From: a virus
Strand: one strand, 5' to 3'
Length of the DNA: 64,000 bases
Virus record (IMG/VR): IMGVR_UViG_3300003937_000144
Span: 30,020-94,019 of that record
Shown piece by piece: positions 30,964 through 41,431 of this stretch. The translations under genes and the position numbers were made by a program. The notes beneath the pieces were generated by a model. It searched no databases and was not told where the DNA came from. It worked only from the letters and a program-made list of their open reading frames with translations. The first letter of the stretch is position 1. Each line of letters begins with the position of its first letter.

Positions 30964-33243
30964 ATGTCGAAATTAAAACTAAAGGGTGACTCAGGCGGAA
31001 CTGGTGTATTTACATTAACTTCTCCTAACTCAAACACCGATAGAACAATTACTTTACCAGATGATACTGGTAATATTTTAACTTCAGCACAAACTACGGT
31101 AGCTGCATCATCGTGGGTTATTGATGAAGATAACATGGCAAGTGATTTAGCAACAAAAGTACCTACACAGCAATCCGTCAAAGCTTATGTAGATGCTCAA
31201 ATTAGCGCTGAAAACACACTAGCTGAAGACAACGATGTTAACCTTACCTCACCAGGTGATGGTGCATTATTAATATATGATACAGGTACATCAACATGGC
31301 GCGATGGTGCTATGTCTGGTGATGCAACGATTAGTGATACAGGTGCTTTAACAATTGCTAATGATGCTATCGATAGTCAACACTATGCTGCTGATTCAAT
31401 CGATGCAGAACATTATGCTGCAGGTTCAGTTGATGGAACTGCTATAGCAAACGATGCTGTTGATAGTCAACATATAGCTGCGGATAGTATTGATGCAGAA
31501 CATTATGCTGCTGGTTCAGTAGATGGCACAGCAATAGGTAATGACCAAGTTGATAGCCAACACTACGTAGCAGGTTCAATTGATAACGAACACTTAGCAG
31601 CGAACTCGGTTGATTCCGACAACTATGTTGATGCTTCAATTGATCTAGCCCATATGAGTGTAAACTCAATTGATTCAGATCAATATGTGGACGGTTCAAT
31701 TGATACAATACATATTGCAGCAAGTAATATAACAAACGCTTTGATGGCAGATGATGCTATTGATTCAGCAGAGATTGCTGATGGTGCGGTTGATCTAGTT
31801 CATATGAGTCCAAACTCAGTGGATAGTGACCAATACGTTGACGGATCTATTGATACAGTTCATATTGGAGCAGATCAAATCACTGCAGCTTTGATTGCAG
31901 ATGATGTAATTAATAGTGAGCACATTGTTGCAGACTCTATTGATGCGGAACATCTAGCACCAAACTCAGTTAACACTGATGCTATTATTGATGCTGCTGT
32001 AAGAACAGCTCATATACAAGCTGATAATATTACATCGGCACTTATTGCTGATGACCAAATTGATTCAGAACATATTGTAGATGCTTCAGTCGATCTAGCC
32101 CATATGGCGGCTAACTCTGTAGATAGTGACCAATACGTTGATGGTTCAGTGGATAATGTTCACTTAGCTAACTCTGCTATTACAGTTTCAGATGGTTCAA
32201 ACACAACAGCTATATCACTCGGAGGCACTGCTACTTTCGCCGGTACGGCCAACGAGGTTACAGTTGCTGAAAGTTCAGGAACGATCACTGTAGGTTTACC
32301 AGATAATGTAACAATTGCTGGTAACTTAACTGTATCAGGTACAAACACTTCAGTTAGTTCAACAACTATCGAAGTTGCTGATCCATTACTACACTTAGCA
32401 ACAACCAATAATGCTGCGGACGCAGTTGATATTGGTATGTATGGTTTGTATGATACATCAGGTTCATTAGACCTTTATGGTGGTATCTTTAGGGATGCTT
32501 CTGATTCAGGTAAGTGGAATATATTTAAAGACTTACAAGCTGCTCCAACTACAACGGTTAATAAATCGGGTACTGGATATGCAGTTGGTACATTAGTATC
32601 AAACCTTGAAGGTGATGTTACTGGTGATGTAACAGGTGACTTAACTGGTACAGCTTCATTAGCAACAAGCATTACGCTTACAGCTAATGACTCAACTGAT
32701 GAGACCGTTTATCCGGTATTTGTTGATGGTGCTACAGGTACACAGGGTCTTGAAACTGATACTGGATTATCATATAATCCTTCATCAGGTAACTTAGTTA
32801 TCGGTGGTACGGTTGATGGTCGTGATCTACAAACTGATGGTACTAAATTAGATACTATTGAAACTAGTGCGACAGCAGACCAAACAAATGCAGAGATAAG
32901 AACAGCTGTTGAAGCTGCGTCTGATTCAAATGTGTTTACCGATGCTGACCATAGTAAACTGAATGCTATTGAAGCTTCAGCTACTGCGGACCAGTCAAAT
33001 GCTGAGATTAGAGCGGCAGTAGAAGCGGCAAGTGATTCAAATGTATTCACAGATGCCGACCATACTAAATTAAATGCAATTGAAGCTTCTGCAACGGCTG
33101 ATCAAACAGCTGCAGAGATTTTAACTGCTATTAAAACAGTTGATGGTGCAGGTTCTGGTTTAGATTCTGACTTGCTAGATGGTCAATCCGGTGCTCATTA
33201 CCGTGTTGATATCTACAACGCAGCAGGTTCACTACTTAACTAA
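30964..33243 (+). CDS. Tail fibre protein with an acidic decapeptide repeat array
   Basis: TLTSPNSNTDRTITLPDDTG, 27 decapeptide repeats, GDVTGDVTGDLTG and DGAGSGLDSDLLDG. Confidence 0.82.
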   Translation: MSKLKLKGDSGGTGVFTLTSPNSNTDRTITLPDDTGNILTSAQTTVAASSWVIDEDNMASDLATKVPTQQSVKAYVDAQISAENTLAEDNDVNLTSPGDGALLIYDTGTSTWRDGAMSGDATISDTGALTIANDAIDSQHYAADSIDAEHYAAGSVDGTAIANDAVDSQHIAADSIDAEHYAAGSVDGTAIGNDQVDSQHYVAGSIDNEHLAANSVDSDNYVDASIDLAHMSVNSIDSDQYVDGSIDTIHIAASNITNALMADDAIDSAEIADGAVDLVHMSPNSVDSDQYVDGSIDTVHIGADQITAALIADDVINSEHIVADSIDAEHLAPNSVNTDAIIDAAVRTAHIQADNITSALIADDQIDSEHIVDASVDLAHMAANSVDSDQYVDGSVDNVHLANSAITVSDGSNTTAISLGGTATFAGTANEVTVAESSGTITVGLPDNVTIAGNLTVSGTNTSVSSTTIEVADPLLHLATTNNAADAVDIGMYGLYDTSGSLDLYGGIFRDASDSGKWNIFKDLQAAPTTTVNKSGTGYAVGTLVSNLEGDVTGDVTGDLTGTASLATSITLTANDSTDETVYPVFVDGATGTQGLETDTGLSYNPSSGNLVIGGTVDGRDLQTDGTKLDTIETSATADQTNAEIRTAVEAASDSNVFTDADHSKLNAIEASATADQSNAEIRAAVEAASDSNVFTDADHTKLNAIEASATADQTAAEILTAIKTVDGAGSGLDSDLLDGQSGAHYRVDIYNAAGSLLN
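31357..32166 (+). repeat. 27 x 30-nt (10-aa) degenerate repeat, consensus xxxS(I/V)DxxH(Y/I/M/L)
   Basis: ANDAIDSQHY AADSIDAEHY AAGSVDGTAI ... VDGSVDNVHL, counted from the translation. Confidence 0.9.
32855..33125 (+). repeat. 111-nt (37-aa) tandem repeat, about 2.4 copies
   Basis: IExSATADQxNAEIRxAVEAASDSNVFTDADHxKLNA; tgattcaaatgt at 32922 and 33033. Confidence 0.9.
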
Positions 33244-33256
33244 TAAGTAAAATTCT

Positions 33257-33280
33257 AAGGGCTCTTCGGAGCCCTTTTTT
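33257..33280 (+). terminator. Intrinsic terminator with a UUCG tetraloop
   Basis: AAGGGCTC-TTCG-GAGCCCTT-TTTT immediately after the fibre gene. Confidence 0.92.
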
Positions 33281-33284
33281 ATTA

Positions 33285-33292
33285 TATAAATA
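33285..33292 (+). promoter_or_regulatory. T4-type late promoter opening the radical SAM island
   Basis: TATAAATA right after the terminator and 5 nt before ATG 33298. Confidence 0.85.
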
Positions 33293-33297
33293 TTGTT

Positions 33298-34731
33298 ATG
33301 AAAACAAGTGATACTTTTTGTGCCCTTCCATGGGTACACCTCTCAACAAGACCGAATGGACATATGCGGGTATGTTGTACAGCAAATGCTTCCGGCGTTC
33401 AGAACCCAGACTCTCAAGATAAGATAGAATCAGACATTGGCATTTTAAAGAATGATGATGGTATGCCTTCTAATCTTGCCAACACATCATTAGCTGATGC
33501 TTGGAATAATAACTATATGAGAGGAACACGTAAAGCAATGATGCGTGGTGAAAAGCCTGCAAGTTGTATTAAATGTTATAAAGAAGAAGATGCAGGACAT
33601 AGATCCAAGAGGATGTGGGAGACCGATAAATGGATTAAGAAACTTGGTATAGAGTCAGTATTAGAAGGATATGATCCAGAGACTGGTACAGTGCCACCAC
33701 AAATCCGATACGTGGATCTTCGCCTTGGGTCTAAGTGTCAGTTAGCTTGTGTTATGTGTTCACCTAATGATTCATCGGGTTGGATAGTAGAACATAAAAA
33801 GATACATCCTAAATTAAAGAACGATAATCTAGAAAAAACAATGCGTTGGGAGAAGGAGACAGGTAAATTAGCCTTTGTAGGTGGTAGTTATGCGTGGCAT
33901 AAAAAGAATCCAATGTTCTTTGATGAACTCTATGAACAGATACCTAAGCTAAAACAATTATATTGGGCAGGTGGTGAACCACTTGTTATGAAAGAACATT
34001 ACTTTTTATTGCAACAAATCATTGATGATGGTTATGCAAGTGAGATTGAAGTGAGATATAACTCAAACGGAATGGAGTGGGAGCCTGAGCTCTTTGACTT
34101 ATGGAAGCATTTTAAGGAAGTTATATTTCATTTCTCTATTGATGACATGGAAGATAGGTTACATTATATAAGATATCCTGCAACATTCGACCATCTCACT
34201 ATGAAAATGAGGGAGTTAGATAATTATCCTCATGGAAACCTTAGGCTAACTACTGCTTATACTATACAGCTACTTAATATATGGTCTATACCAGATTTTG
34301 TTAGGTGGAAATTAACAAACAAATGGAAACTATTAAATCAATGGCCGCAAGGTGGAGGTATGATTGATAATCATTTGGCATATTGGCCGCCCCAATTAAA
34401 TTGTAAAGCATTGCCATTAGACTTTAAAAAGAAAGTAACTGAAAAGTATGAGGCTTTCTATCCATGGTTAGAAGAGAACTGGGAATTATCTGGCGCACCT
34501 AGCAAAGAATTATTCATGGAAAACAATTATACAATAAACCGTCTTAAAGGGATTGCATCATTTATGAATGCAGAAGATTGGTCAGTACGATTGCCTGAAA
34601 CTGCTGAATGGTGTTATAGAGTTGCAGAAGAAAGAAGTCTAGACTTTGATAAGATCTTTCCAGAGTTATCTTGGTTACAAGATTATCATACGCCCCACGA
34701 AGATTTTCCGTTAGTAATTAATACTTCTTAA
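33298..34731 (+). CDS. Radical SAM enzyme with N-terminal twitch/SPASM-like Cys domain (#1)
   Basis: CALPW...RVCC...CIKC; CQLACVMC (CxxxCxxC); WAGGEP; YNSNG. Confidence 0.92.
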   Translation: MKTSDTFCALPWVHLSTRPNGHMRVCCTANASGVQNPDSQDKIESDIGILKNDDGMPSNLANTSLADAWNNNYMRGTRKAMMRGEKPASCIKCYKEEDAGHRSKRMWETDKWIKKLGIESVLEGYDPETGTVPPQIRYVDLRLGSKCQLACVMCSPNDSSGWIVEHKKIHPKLKNDNLEKTMRWEKETGKLAFVGGSYAWHKKNPMFFDELYEQIPKLKQLYWAGGEPLVMKEHYFLLQQIIDDGYASEIEVRYNSNGMEWEPELFDLWKHFKEVIFHFSIDDMEDRLHYIRYPATFDHLTMKMRELDNYPHGNLRLTTAYTIQLLNIWSIPDFVRWKLTNKWKLLNQWPQGGGMIDNHLAYWPPQLNCKALPLDFKKKVTEKYEAFYPWLEENWELSGAPSKELFMENNYTINRLKGIASFMNAEDWSVRLPETAEWCYRVAEERSLDFDKIFPELSWLQDYHTPHEDFPLVINTS

Positions 34732-35398
34732 AAGCCCAGAATTTCTCTTTACACCACCAACATTTCTTACATGGCTTTGTAAACTTCTTTGTCTTATCAG
34801 CTTGGCCTTCACAAGATCTTGTTAAAGGAAATAAACCTTTCATTAAACCTTCGCTTTCAAAGCATCTAGCTATAAATTGTTTATCATGATTAGCAAATGG
34901 CTTTGAGTTATGTTTTCTATGTGTACCATCTCTGTATTTTGGTCTTTCATCGGTATACATATTATGCTCTTGCATAACAGGTCTTGCTGGGTTCTTTGTA
35001 ACAAATCCAATATTTTCTTTTAGCTTATACTTAGTTTTATTGTTATCATATACCTTTTGCCATTCTTCATCAAGAATTCTTAAACCAACTTTAGGTGGAG
35101 TAGGTACAACAATATGTTGAAACTTCTGGGTCTTAGTTAACTTCAATTCTTTTTCAACCCAAGCCATAATCTTTTTAGCGTGTGTAACATTCCAATCTTT
35201 AGCCGCTTGCTTCTGATAACCTGGATTATCGTTTTGGTCTCTCTTCCAAGTAGCAATAACAATCTTATTCTTAAGTTTATTCTCTTTAATATGTTTGGCT
35301 ATAACATATAAACCTAAAGCTGAATCAAGTCCACCGCTCACCCATAATAGTATGTTGCCAGTCTTTGGTAAATCTATTTGAACGTTCTTATAAATCAT
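34718..35398 (-). CDS. QueC-like PP-loop ATPase with C-terminal Zn site
   Basis: LLWVSGGLDSAL (PP-loop); LTRSCEG...PCKKCWWCKEK. Confidence 0.78.
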   Translation of the reverse strand: MIYKNVQIDLPKTGNILLWVSGGLDSALGLYVIAKHIKENKLKNKIVIATWKRDQNDNPGYQKQAAKDWNVTHAKKIMAWVEKELKLTKTQKFQHIVVPTPPKVGLRILDEEWQKVYDNNKTKYKLKENIGFVTKNPARPVMQEHNMYTDERPKYRDGTHRKHNSKPFANHDKQFIARCFESEGLMKGLFPLTRSCEGQADKTKKFTKPCKKCWWCKEKFWAFKKY

Positions 35399-35437
35399 AT
35401 AAATAATAATAAATTGATTAACATAACTTTATTTATA
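35398..35437. promoter_or_regulatory. Face-to-face late promoters (+ strand 35398-35405, - strand 35430-35437)
   Basis: TATAAATA and TATTTATA in the 38-nt gap between two divergent genes. Confidence 0.75.
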
Positions 35438-36780
35438 TGAAAAAAAATACCTTCTGTCCACTTCCTTGGAATTCTATTAACCTAAGAAATAACGGCGATA
35501 TGCGGATCTGCTGTAATACAAACTCGTATTCACCGCAACGTGGTATAATGAAGACTGAAGATGGTGAGACTTATAACGCTGGTAAGCATGACTTTAATGA
35601 AGCACGTAATGCACAGATATTAAAAGATGTTCGTGCAGATATGCTTAAGGGTGAATGGAATCCTGAGTGTGAACGTTGTAGACAAGAAGAGATAAACGGT
35701 ATACCGTCTCGTCGTCAATATGAGAATAATGATTGGGAAATAAAATTAGATACAGCTATTCCAATGACTCAGGAAGATGGAACTCTTGATGTAGATAAAC
35801 AACTAATAGAATTTATTGATATACGTTATGGTAATTTCTGTAATCTTAAATGCAGAATGTGTGGGCCAACTGATTCTCATATGTGGTACCCAGACTTTAT
35901 TAAACTTACAGACGGTAAGGTAACATCATATAAAGATACGCATACTCGTATACAACTTGAACAAACATCGACTGGCAAATGGACTACTGACCAATATGAT
36001 TGGTTTAAAGATGCTCCTATTTACTGGGACAACTTTGAAAAGTATGCGCATGATGCAAAGAAACTTTATATTGTTGGTGGTGAACCTTTAATTATTGCTG
36101 AACATGAGAAGAGTTTACAGTTATTAGTTGATGGTGGTAAAGCACATAACATAGAGATAGAGTATAATTCTAATCTAACAAATGTAACAAACAAATACAT
36201 AGAGCTATGGTCACAGTTTAAACAGATTCGTGTCGGTGCATCTGTTGATGGATTTGGTAAAGTATTTAATTATCAGCGTACGCCAGCTAAATGGGAATCT
36301 GTATATGAGCATATGAAAAAGCTAAATGATAATCGTGAAGTAAATCTAAAATGTTGGTTTACATTTACTGTTACACCTTATAATGTATATCATATGCCTG
36401 AGTTTATGAAATGGAAATTAGAAGAGAGTGAGTTAGATAGATATAATCCTATCGATGGTATGAGACCAACCATAACTCAACACATGTGTCACTCCCCTAA
36501 GTACTATAATATTAAAGTATTACCGCAACATCTTAAAGATGACATTGAAGATCATTATGAATTATACAAATCATGGGTTGACGGTAGTAATTATTCAGAT
36601 AAAGTTAAAGCACATTTCCATGAGGTATGTGATAGCACAATAAGATTTATGCAGTCCGAGTCTTATGAAAAAGATCACCTACAAGGATTCATAGATATAA
36701 CAAATAAATTAGATAAGATACGAGGTCAAGATGTAAGGGAAATTGTTCCTGAATATATCGAAATGTTCGATGCGCACTAA
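35437..36780 (+). CDS. Radical SAM enzyme, N-terminal twitch type (#2)
   Basis: CPLPW...RICC...CERC; CNLKCRMC; VGGEP. Confidence 0.92.
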   Translation: MKKNTFCPLPWNSINLRNNGDMRICCNTNSYSPQRGIMKTEDGETYNAGKHDFNEARNAQILKDVRADMLKGEWNPECERCRQEEINGIPSRRQYENNDWEIKLDTAIPMTQEDGTLDVDKQLIEFIDIRYGNFCNLKCRMCGPTDSHMWYPDFIKLTDGKVTSYKDTHTRIQLEQTSTGKWTTDQYDWFKDAPIYWDNFEKYAHDAKKLYIVGGEPLIIAEHEKSLQLLVDGGKAHNIEIEYNSNLTNVTNKYIELWSQFKQIRVGASVDGFGKVFNYQRTPAKWESVYEHMKKLNDNREVNLKCWFTFTVTPYNVYHMPEFMKWKLEESELDRYNPIDGMRPTITQHMCHSPKYYNIKVLPQHLKDDIEDHYELYKSWVDGSNYSDKVKAHFHEVCDSTIRFMQSESYEKDHLQGFIDITNKLDKIRGQDVREIVPEYIEMFDAH

Positions 36781-37957
36781 ACCATATTGTAAGGCTCCAT
36801 GGGTTGGATTATCTTATGTAGGAACTGAAGGTTGCAAGCCATGTTGTGAATGGAAAGGTGGCCAGTTCTTTGGCACTCATAAAGAATATATTGAATCAGA
36901 TTACTTAAAAGAATTTAAGGAAATGATGTACAATGATGATATGAATGAGGCATGTATAGAATGTATTCATAATGAAAAGATTCAAAAACTAGGCGGGTCG
37001 AGAAGACAGCGGTTCATGAAATATGATATTGATGGTGGATTAGTAAGGTTAGATTTTAGGGCTGGAAATAAATGTAATATGAAATGTAGAATGTGTGGTT
37101 CACATTCATCATCTCTTTGGGAAGACGAAGATAATAAGTGGGGATCAAATGTATATTTAGATCCACCTCATGTTATTCCAAGATTAGATACATCAGATGT
37201 ATATAATATCGATTTCACATCTTTGCAGAAAGTTATGATTCTAGGCGGTGAGCCTTCAGTTGATTTAGAAGTAAGAAAGTTTATAGATCATATTAAACAT
37301 CTAGATTGTTTTGTTGGTATAACTACTAATTGTTCCAACGCATCTGAGAAATGGTTTCGTTCATTAGAAACTATTAAAAAATTAGAGCTTGATTTGTCAA
37401 TAGATGGCTGTGGTCCTGTAGCAGAATATCAAAGGCATGGTGTTACTTGGGATAAGATCAAAACTAATCTATGGAAATATAAAGCATTATTTAATGGAGA
37501 TAAAGGTGCTGTTCAAATAGATGATATTATGTATCACAATTCACTTACGAGGTGGAAAGATGCAAATGGCACATGGGGTGATGCTCATATAAACTTTGCA
37601 GTAACTGCAATTAACTTTCCTATATTAGATACATGGTGGGATGAGTTAATGGATTTTGAAATACAAACATTTTTTAGTGTAGTTCATTTGCCATTGTCAC
37701 ATAGCATAAATGCAATACCAAAAGAATATTTAGATTATCAAATAGCTTGGTTAAAGAAATGGATTGATGACGGTAAAGCAAATAATATTAACCGTAAACA
37801 AGCTGCTGAGATGGCTATAAGTGTAATGGAAAATTCAAAGTATGATCTGTTTTGTCATGAACAATTTGTAAAGATAACAAAAGAATTGGATAAGCGAAGG
37901 GATGAAAATATATATGATTTAGATGAAAGGTTTGAGGATATAATGAATGAAAGATAA
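36770..37957 (+). CDS. Radical SAM enzyme, N-terminal twitch type (#3)
   Basis: CKAPW...PCC...CIEC; CNMKCRMC; LGGEP. Start taken at ATG 36770. Confidence 0.9.
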   Translation: MRTKPYCKAPWVGLSYVGTEGCKPCCEWKGGQFFGTHKEYIESDYLKEFKEMMYNDDMNEACIECIHNEKIQKLGGSRRQRFMKYDIDGGLVRLDFRAGNKCNMKCRMCGSHSSSLWEDEDNKWGSNVYLDPPHVIPRLDTSDVYNIDFTSLQKVMILGGEPSVDLEVRKFIDHIKHLDCFVGITTNCSNASEKWFRSLETIKKLELDLSIDGCGPVAEYQRHGVTWDKIKTNLWKYKALFNGDKGAVQIDDIMYHNSLTRWKDANGTWGDAHINFAVTAINFPILDTWWDELMDFEIQTFFSVVHLPLSHSINAIPKEYLDYQIAWLKKWIDDGKANNINRKQAAEMAISVMENSKYDLFCHEQFVKITKELDKRRDENIYDLDERFEDIMNER

Positions 37958-39149
37958 TGGTGTAATATGCATGTTGCCTTGGGTTCATACCACCGTGAGT
38001 ATGAAAAATACTTTGAGGCCTTGCTGTAGATTTAGAGTGGGTAGAGAAGATGAAGGTATAACCGCTGACTCTGAATCAGATATTAAAGATAAATTTAGAT
38101 GGTTACGTACAGAAATGTTAGCAGGCAGACCTGTAGAGAAGTGTTCATTGTGTTATCAACAAGGTGACAAGTCTATGAAGTGGACAGCTAATAAAGAATT
38201 TGATTTAGAAAATGCAGAGCTTACAGAAGATTTTGATAAGCTAAGGTCAGTAGAATTATCCCTAGATAACCTATGCAATCTTCAATGCAAGATGTGTGAT
38301 TCATTATTCTCAAGTAAGTTATATGATAGGGACAAGTATCTAATAGAGGTACATAATCTTAAAGGTAGAAACCCAACAAAGATACCTAAACAAAGAATTG
38401 AATTCCTCAAGGGCCTTGATATAGATTGGCATGCATTAGAACATATTAAAATTCTTGGTGGTGAACCATTCTTCTCACCTAATTTCCCTAAGCTAATTGA
38501 TTTTCTATTAGAACATTCTGAAGTAAAGAATGTCACATTAGAGATTGTAAGCAACTGTACAAATAGATTAGATCAAGATATGATTGATAAGTTAAATCAA
38601 TTTGGGTTTATAATACTTACATGTTCTCTTGATGGCTGTAATGAATTTAATACATATCAAAGATGGGGTTCACCTGGATGGGAGGAGACATTAGATACCT
38701 ATAAGTGGTATCATACAGTGTTAAACAATATGGTTAAAAAACATATACATTCCACATATACTATTCTTAATTTGTCTGGTCTTGCAAATGATATGAAATA
38801 CTGGGAAAATAATCACCCTGACTGGTCAGTGTCATTTAACTTTGTTACTACAGGTGAATACTCTCCATACATTGTTCCGACATGGTATAGAGATTGGATA
38901 TTAGAACAATGGGGAGATAAAGACAACGAGAGAATAACTTTAGCTCGTAAGATGTTACGAGAAAATCAGATTAAATATAAACCATGGAAGACATGGGGAT
39001 TAGCTATGTTAAAGCTTCATGCCATTGACGGCTATTATGATTCTGAATTAGGTGACTATTGTCCTGATCTAGAAATGTTATTATTAAAACACGATAAGAC
39101 ATATCAACATAATCAATACTATGAAACAATAGAGGACTTTGATGTTTGA
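37947..39149 (+). CDS. Radical SAM enzyme, N-terminal twitch type (#4)
   Basis: CMLPW...PCC...CSLC; CNLQCKMC; LGGEP. Confidence 0.9.
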   Translation: MKDNGVICMLPWVHTTVSMKNTLRPCCRFRVGREDEGITADSESDIKDKFRWLRTEMLAGRPVEKCSLCYQQGDKSMKWTANKEFDLENAELTEDFDKLRSVELSLDNLCNLQCKMCDSLFSSKLYDRDKYLIEVHNLKGRNPTKIPKQRIEFLKGLDIDWHALEHIKILGGEPFFSPNFPKLIDFLLEHSEVKNVTLEIVSNCTNRLDQDMIDKLNQFGFIILTCSLDGCNEFNTYQRWGSPGWEETLDTYKWYHTVLNNMVKKHIHSTYTILNLSGLANDMKYWENNHPDWSVSFNFVTTGEYSPYIVPTWYRDWILEQWGDKDNERITLARKMLRENQIKYKPWKTWGLAMLKLHAIDGYYDSELGDYCPDLEMLLLKHDKTYQHNQYYETIEDFDV

Positions 39150-40248
39150 ATTAGAAACATGCTTAGCTCCACAAGCATCCGTTACAGTAAGTCAAAAAGG
39201 TTATATAGCTCCATGTTGCCAGTTTAATCTTTGGCCGGAAGATGAATGGTTTAGTATATATGATTTAGATTCATTACATGAAGCACATGGTACAGATCGG
39301 TGGAACAAATATGATTCAGAGCTATCTAAATATGATGGCAGTAATAAATGTCGTACATGTATTCGTGAAGAAGAATCAGGGGCACATTCTTTAAGACAGA
39401 CTTGGAATGAAAAGATAAAAAAAGAAGATAAGCATATAGAACATTTAGAAATCTCATTAGACTTTACATGTAATATGATGTGTAGATCTTGTGGACCAAG
39501 TCAAAGTTCTAAATGGAATGGCAGTTCAATACTAGAAGAATTGCAAATGTTAAATATGCCAGATAATGAAGGTGCATATACTGCAATTAAAAACCCTAGA
39601 AATTATCAAGATAATATCAAACGTGTTCTTAGTAATACAGATCTATCGCACTTAAAAGAAGTAACATTAGTAGGTGGTGAACCATTATATTCTAAAAGCT
39701 TACCTTGGTTTCTTAGTTTATTGCATGAAGATGTTCGGCTTATAGTTGTTACTAACGGAAGTTTATTACCATCCGATGAGATGTTTTCTAAATTTAAATA
39801 TGTTAAATTCCAAGTATCTATTGATGCTATTGGAGATTTAGGAACTGCAATGAGAATGAAAGTTCCATTTGAAACCATTGATAAAAACATTAGACAGATG
39901 ATAAAGAAATATCATATTGGTGTCCACACAACCATTTCTGTACAGAATATAAATAGACTATACGAGCTTGATAAATATTGTGTAAATTTAGGACAGGAGA
40001 AGGTACAACATAGCGTTGCATTGCTGCACGATCCTTCATATATGAGAATAGATATCATACCTCTTGAAATTAGAATGAAGTGGTTAACTGATAATAAGGA
40101 AATAAATCCGTATTTAAATATGCCATATAGAGAATCAATAAGTGATGTGCAACACTTTTTAGAAAATATGGAAATAATGGATGATGAATCATCAATTAAA
40201 TTTAAAGATGCTAACCCAGAAATAATGGATATACTAAATGAAATGTAG
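39139..40248 (+). CDS. Radical SAM enzyme, N-terminal twitch type (#5)
   Basis: CLAP...PCC...CRTC; CNMMCRSC; VGGEP; VTNGS. Confidence 0.9.
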   Translation: MMFELETCLAPQASVTVSQKGYIAPCCQFNLWPEDEWFSIYDLDSLHEAHGTDRWNKYDSELSKYDGSNKCRTCIREEESGAHSLRQTWNEKIKKEDKHIEHLEISLDFTCNMMCRSCGPSQSSKWNGSSILEELQMLNMPDNEGAYTAIKNPRNYQDNIKRVLSNTDLSHLKEVTLVGGEPLYSKSLPWFLSLLHEDVRLIVVTNGSLLPSDEMFSKFKYVKFQVSIDAIGDLGTAMRMKVPFETIDKNIRQMIKKYHIGVHTTISVQNINRLYELDKYCVNLGQEKVQHSVALLHDPSYMRIDIIPLEIRMKWLTDNKEINPYLNMPYRESISDVQHFLENMEIMDDESSIKFKDANPEIMDILNEM

Positions 40249-41431
40249 AATGGCATGGTCGCACTTAGACTTTAAGAAGGGAGGATATGCTCCCTGTTAT
40301 AGGTTTAAAAATTATGCTGGATATTGGGATCACTCTAGTGATGATAAGCTTCCATCTCAAGTAATAAATAATTCAGATTTTATATCTGTTAGAAGACAAC
40401 TACGTAATAACCAATGGCCCAAAGGTTGTATCGATTGTAAACGTCAAGAGTCAGAAGGTATGTCCTCATATAGAACTCGTTCATTGGAAGAAGAGGATGA
40501 TGTTAATCGTACCAATAAAGTATTTACTCCTGTAGATTATGATAGTGACACTGCTGTAATAAAAGATTTACAATTAAAAATGTCGCGAGCATGTAATTAT
40601 AATTGCAGACATTGTGACTCAGCATCTAACTCTTCATTTGAAAAACTAGGTCATCAATTTCCTGAGATAGAGAATGAATTAAAAACTAAATATGAATTTA
40701 ATCACATATCAATGGCAGGTAATAATAAAATTGTTATACCAACCGATGAAGTTATGGATGATCTATTTGAAAATATTATGCCTACTGTTGAACAACTTGA
40801 ATTTTCTGGCGGTGAACCATTTTATCAACATGAAATGTATAAGACATTACAGAGATTGATTGATGGTGATTTTGCTAAGAATATAACATTAGTGTTTAAT
40901 ACTAATATGAGTATATTAGAGCATAAGAAATATAAGATAGCAGATTATCTGCCTCACTTTAAAACAGTTAATATCACATGTTCTATGGATGGTACAGGTA
41001 AACTGTTTGATTACTTTAGAGTTGGTGGAGACTATAATAATGTTATAAATAATATTAAAGAGATTGCACCATTAGTAGATACATTTTTATTCGTATGTAC
41101 AACAAGTGCATATCATGCCTTCTATATGAATGAAATATATAATGATCTAACTGAATTGCAAAACTCTATTAAAACAAAATCATCTATAAGATCAACGTTT
41201 GTACATTGGCCTAAAGCGTTAGATATTATTAATTTAGAAGAAGATGTTAAAAGTAAAATTATGGAAACATTAGAAGTGAATGAGTTTACTAAAGAGTTTG
41301 CTATACGAATGACTCAATCTAAAGGCGAAATTGAGCCTTGCTTTAAAGGATTAGTAAAGACTCAAGATCTATTATATGATAAATCATGCCAAGAAATGGC
41401 TCCTAAAATTTGGGATTATATATGCAGTTAA
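40238..41431 (+). CDS. Radical SAM enzyme, N-terminal twitch type (#6)
   Basis: CRMAW...PCY...CIDC; CNYNCRHC; SGGEP. Confidence 0.9.
   Translation: MKCRMAWSHLDFKKGGYAPCYRFKNYAGYWDHSSDDKLPSQVINNSDFISVRRQLRNNQWPKGCIDCKRQESEGMSSYRTRSLEEEDDVNRTNKVFTPVDYDSDTAVIKDLQLKMSRACNYNCRHCDSASNSSFEKLGHQFPEIENELKTKYEFNHISMAGNNKIVIPTDEVMDDLFENIMPTVEQLEFSGGEPFYQHEMYKTLQRLIDGDFAKNITLVFNTNMSILEHKKYKIADYLPHFKTVNITCSMDGTGKLFDYFRVGGDYNNVINNIKEIAPLVDTFLFVCTTSAYHAFYMNEIYNDLTELQNSIKTKSSIRSTFVHWPKALDIINLEEDVKSKIMETLEVNEFTKEFAIRMTQSKGEIEPCFKGLVKTQDLLYDKSCQEMAPKIWDYICS

Noticed and set aside
23579-33125. Tandem repeats as CRISPR arrays or non-coding satellites
   Set aside because: All are in-frame coding repeats with periods divisible by 3, synonymous variation and no unique spacers.
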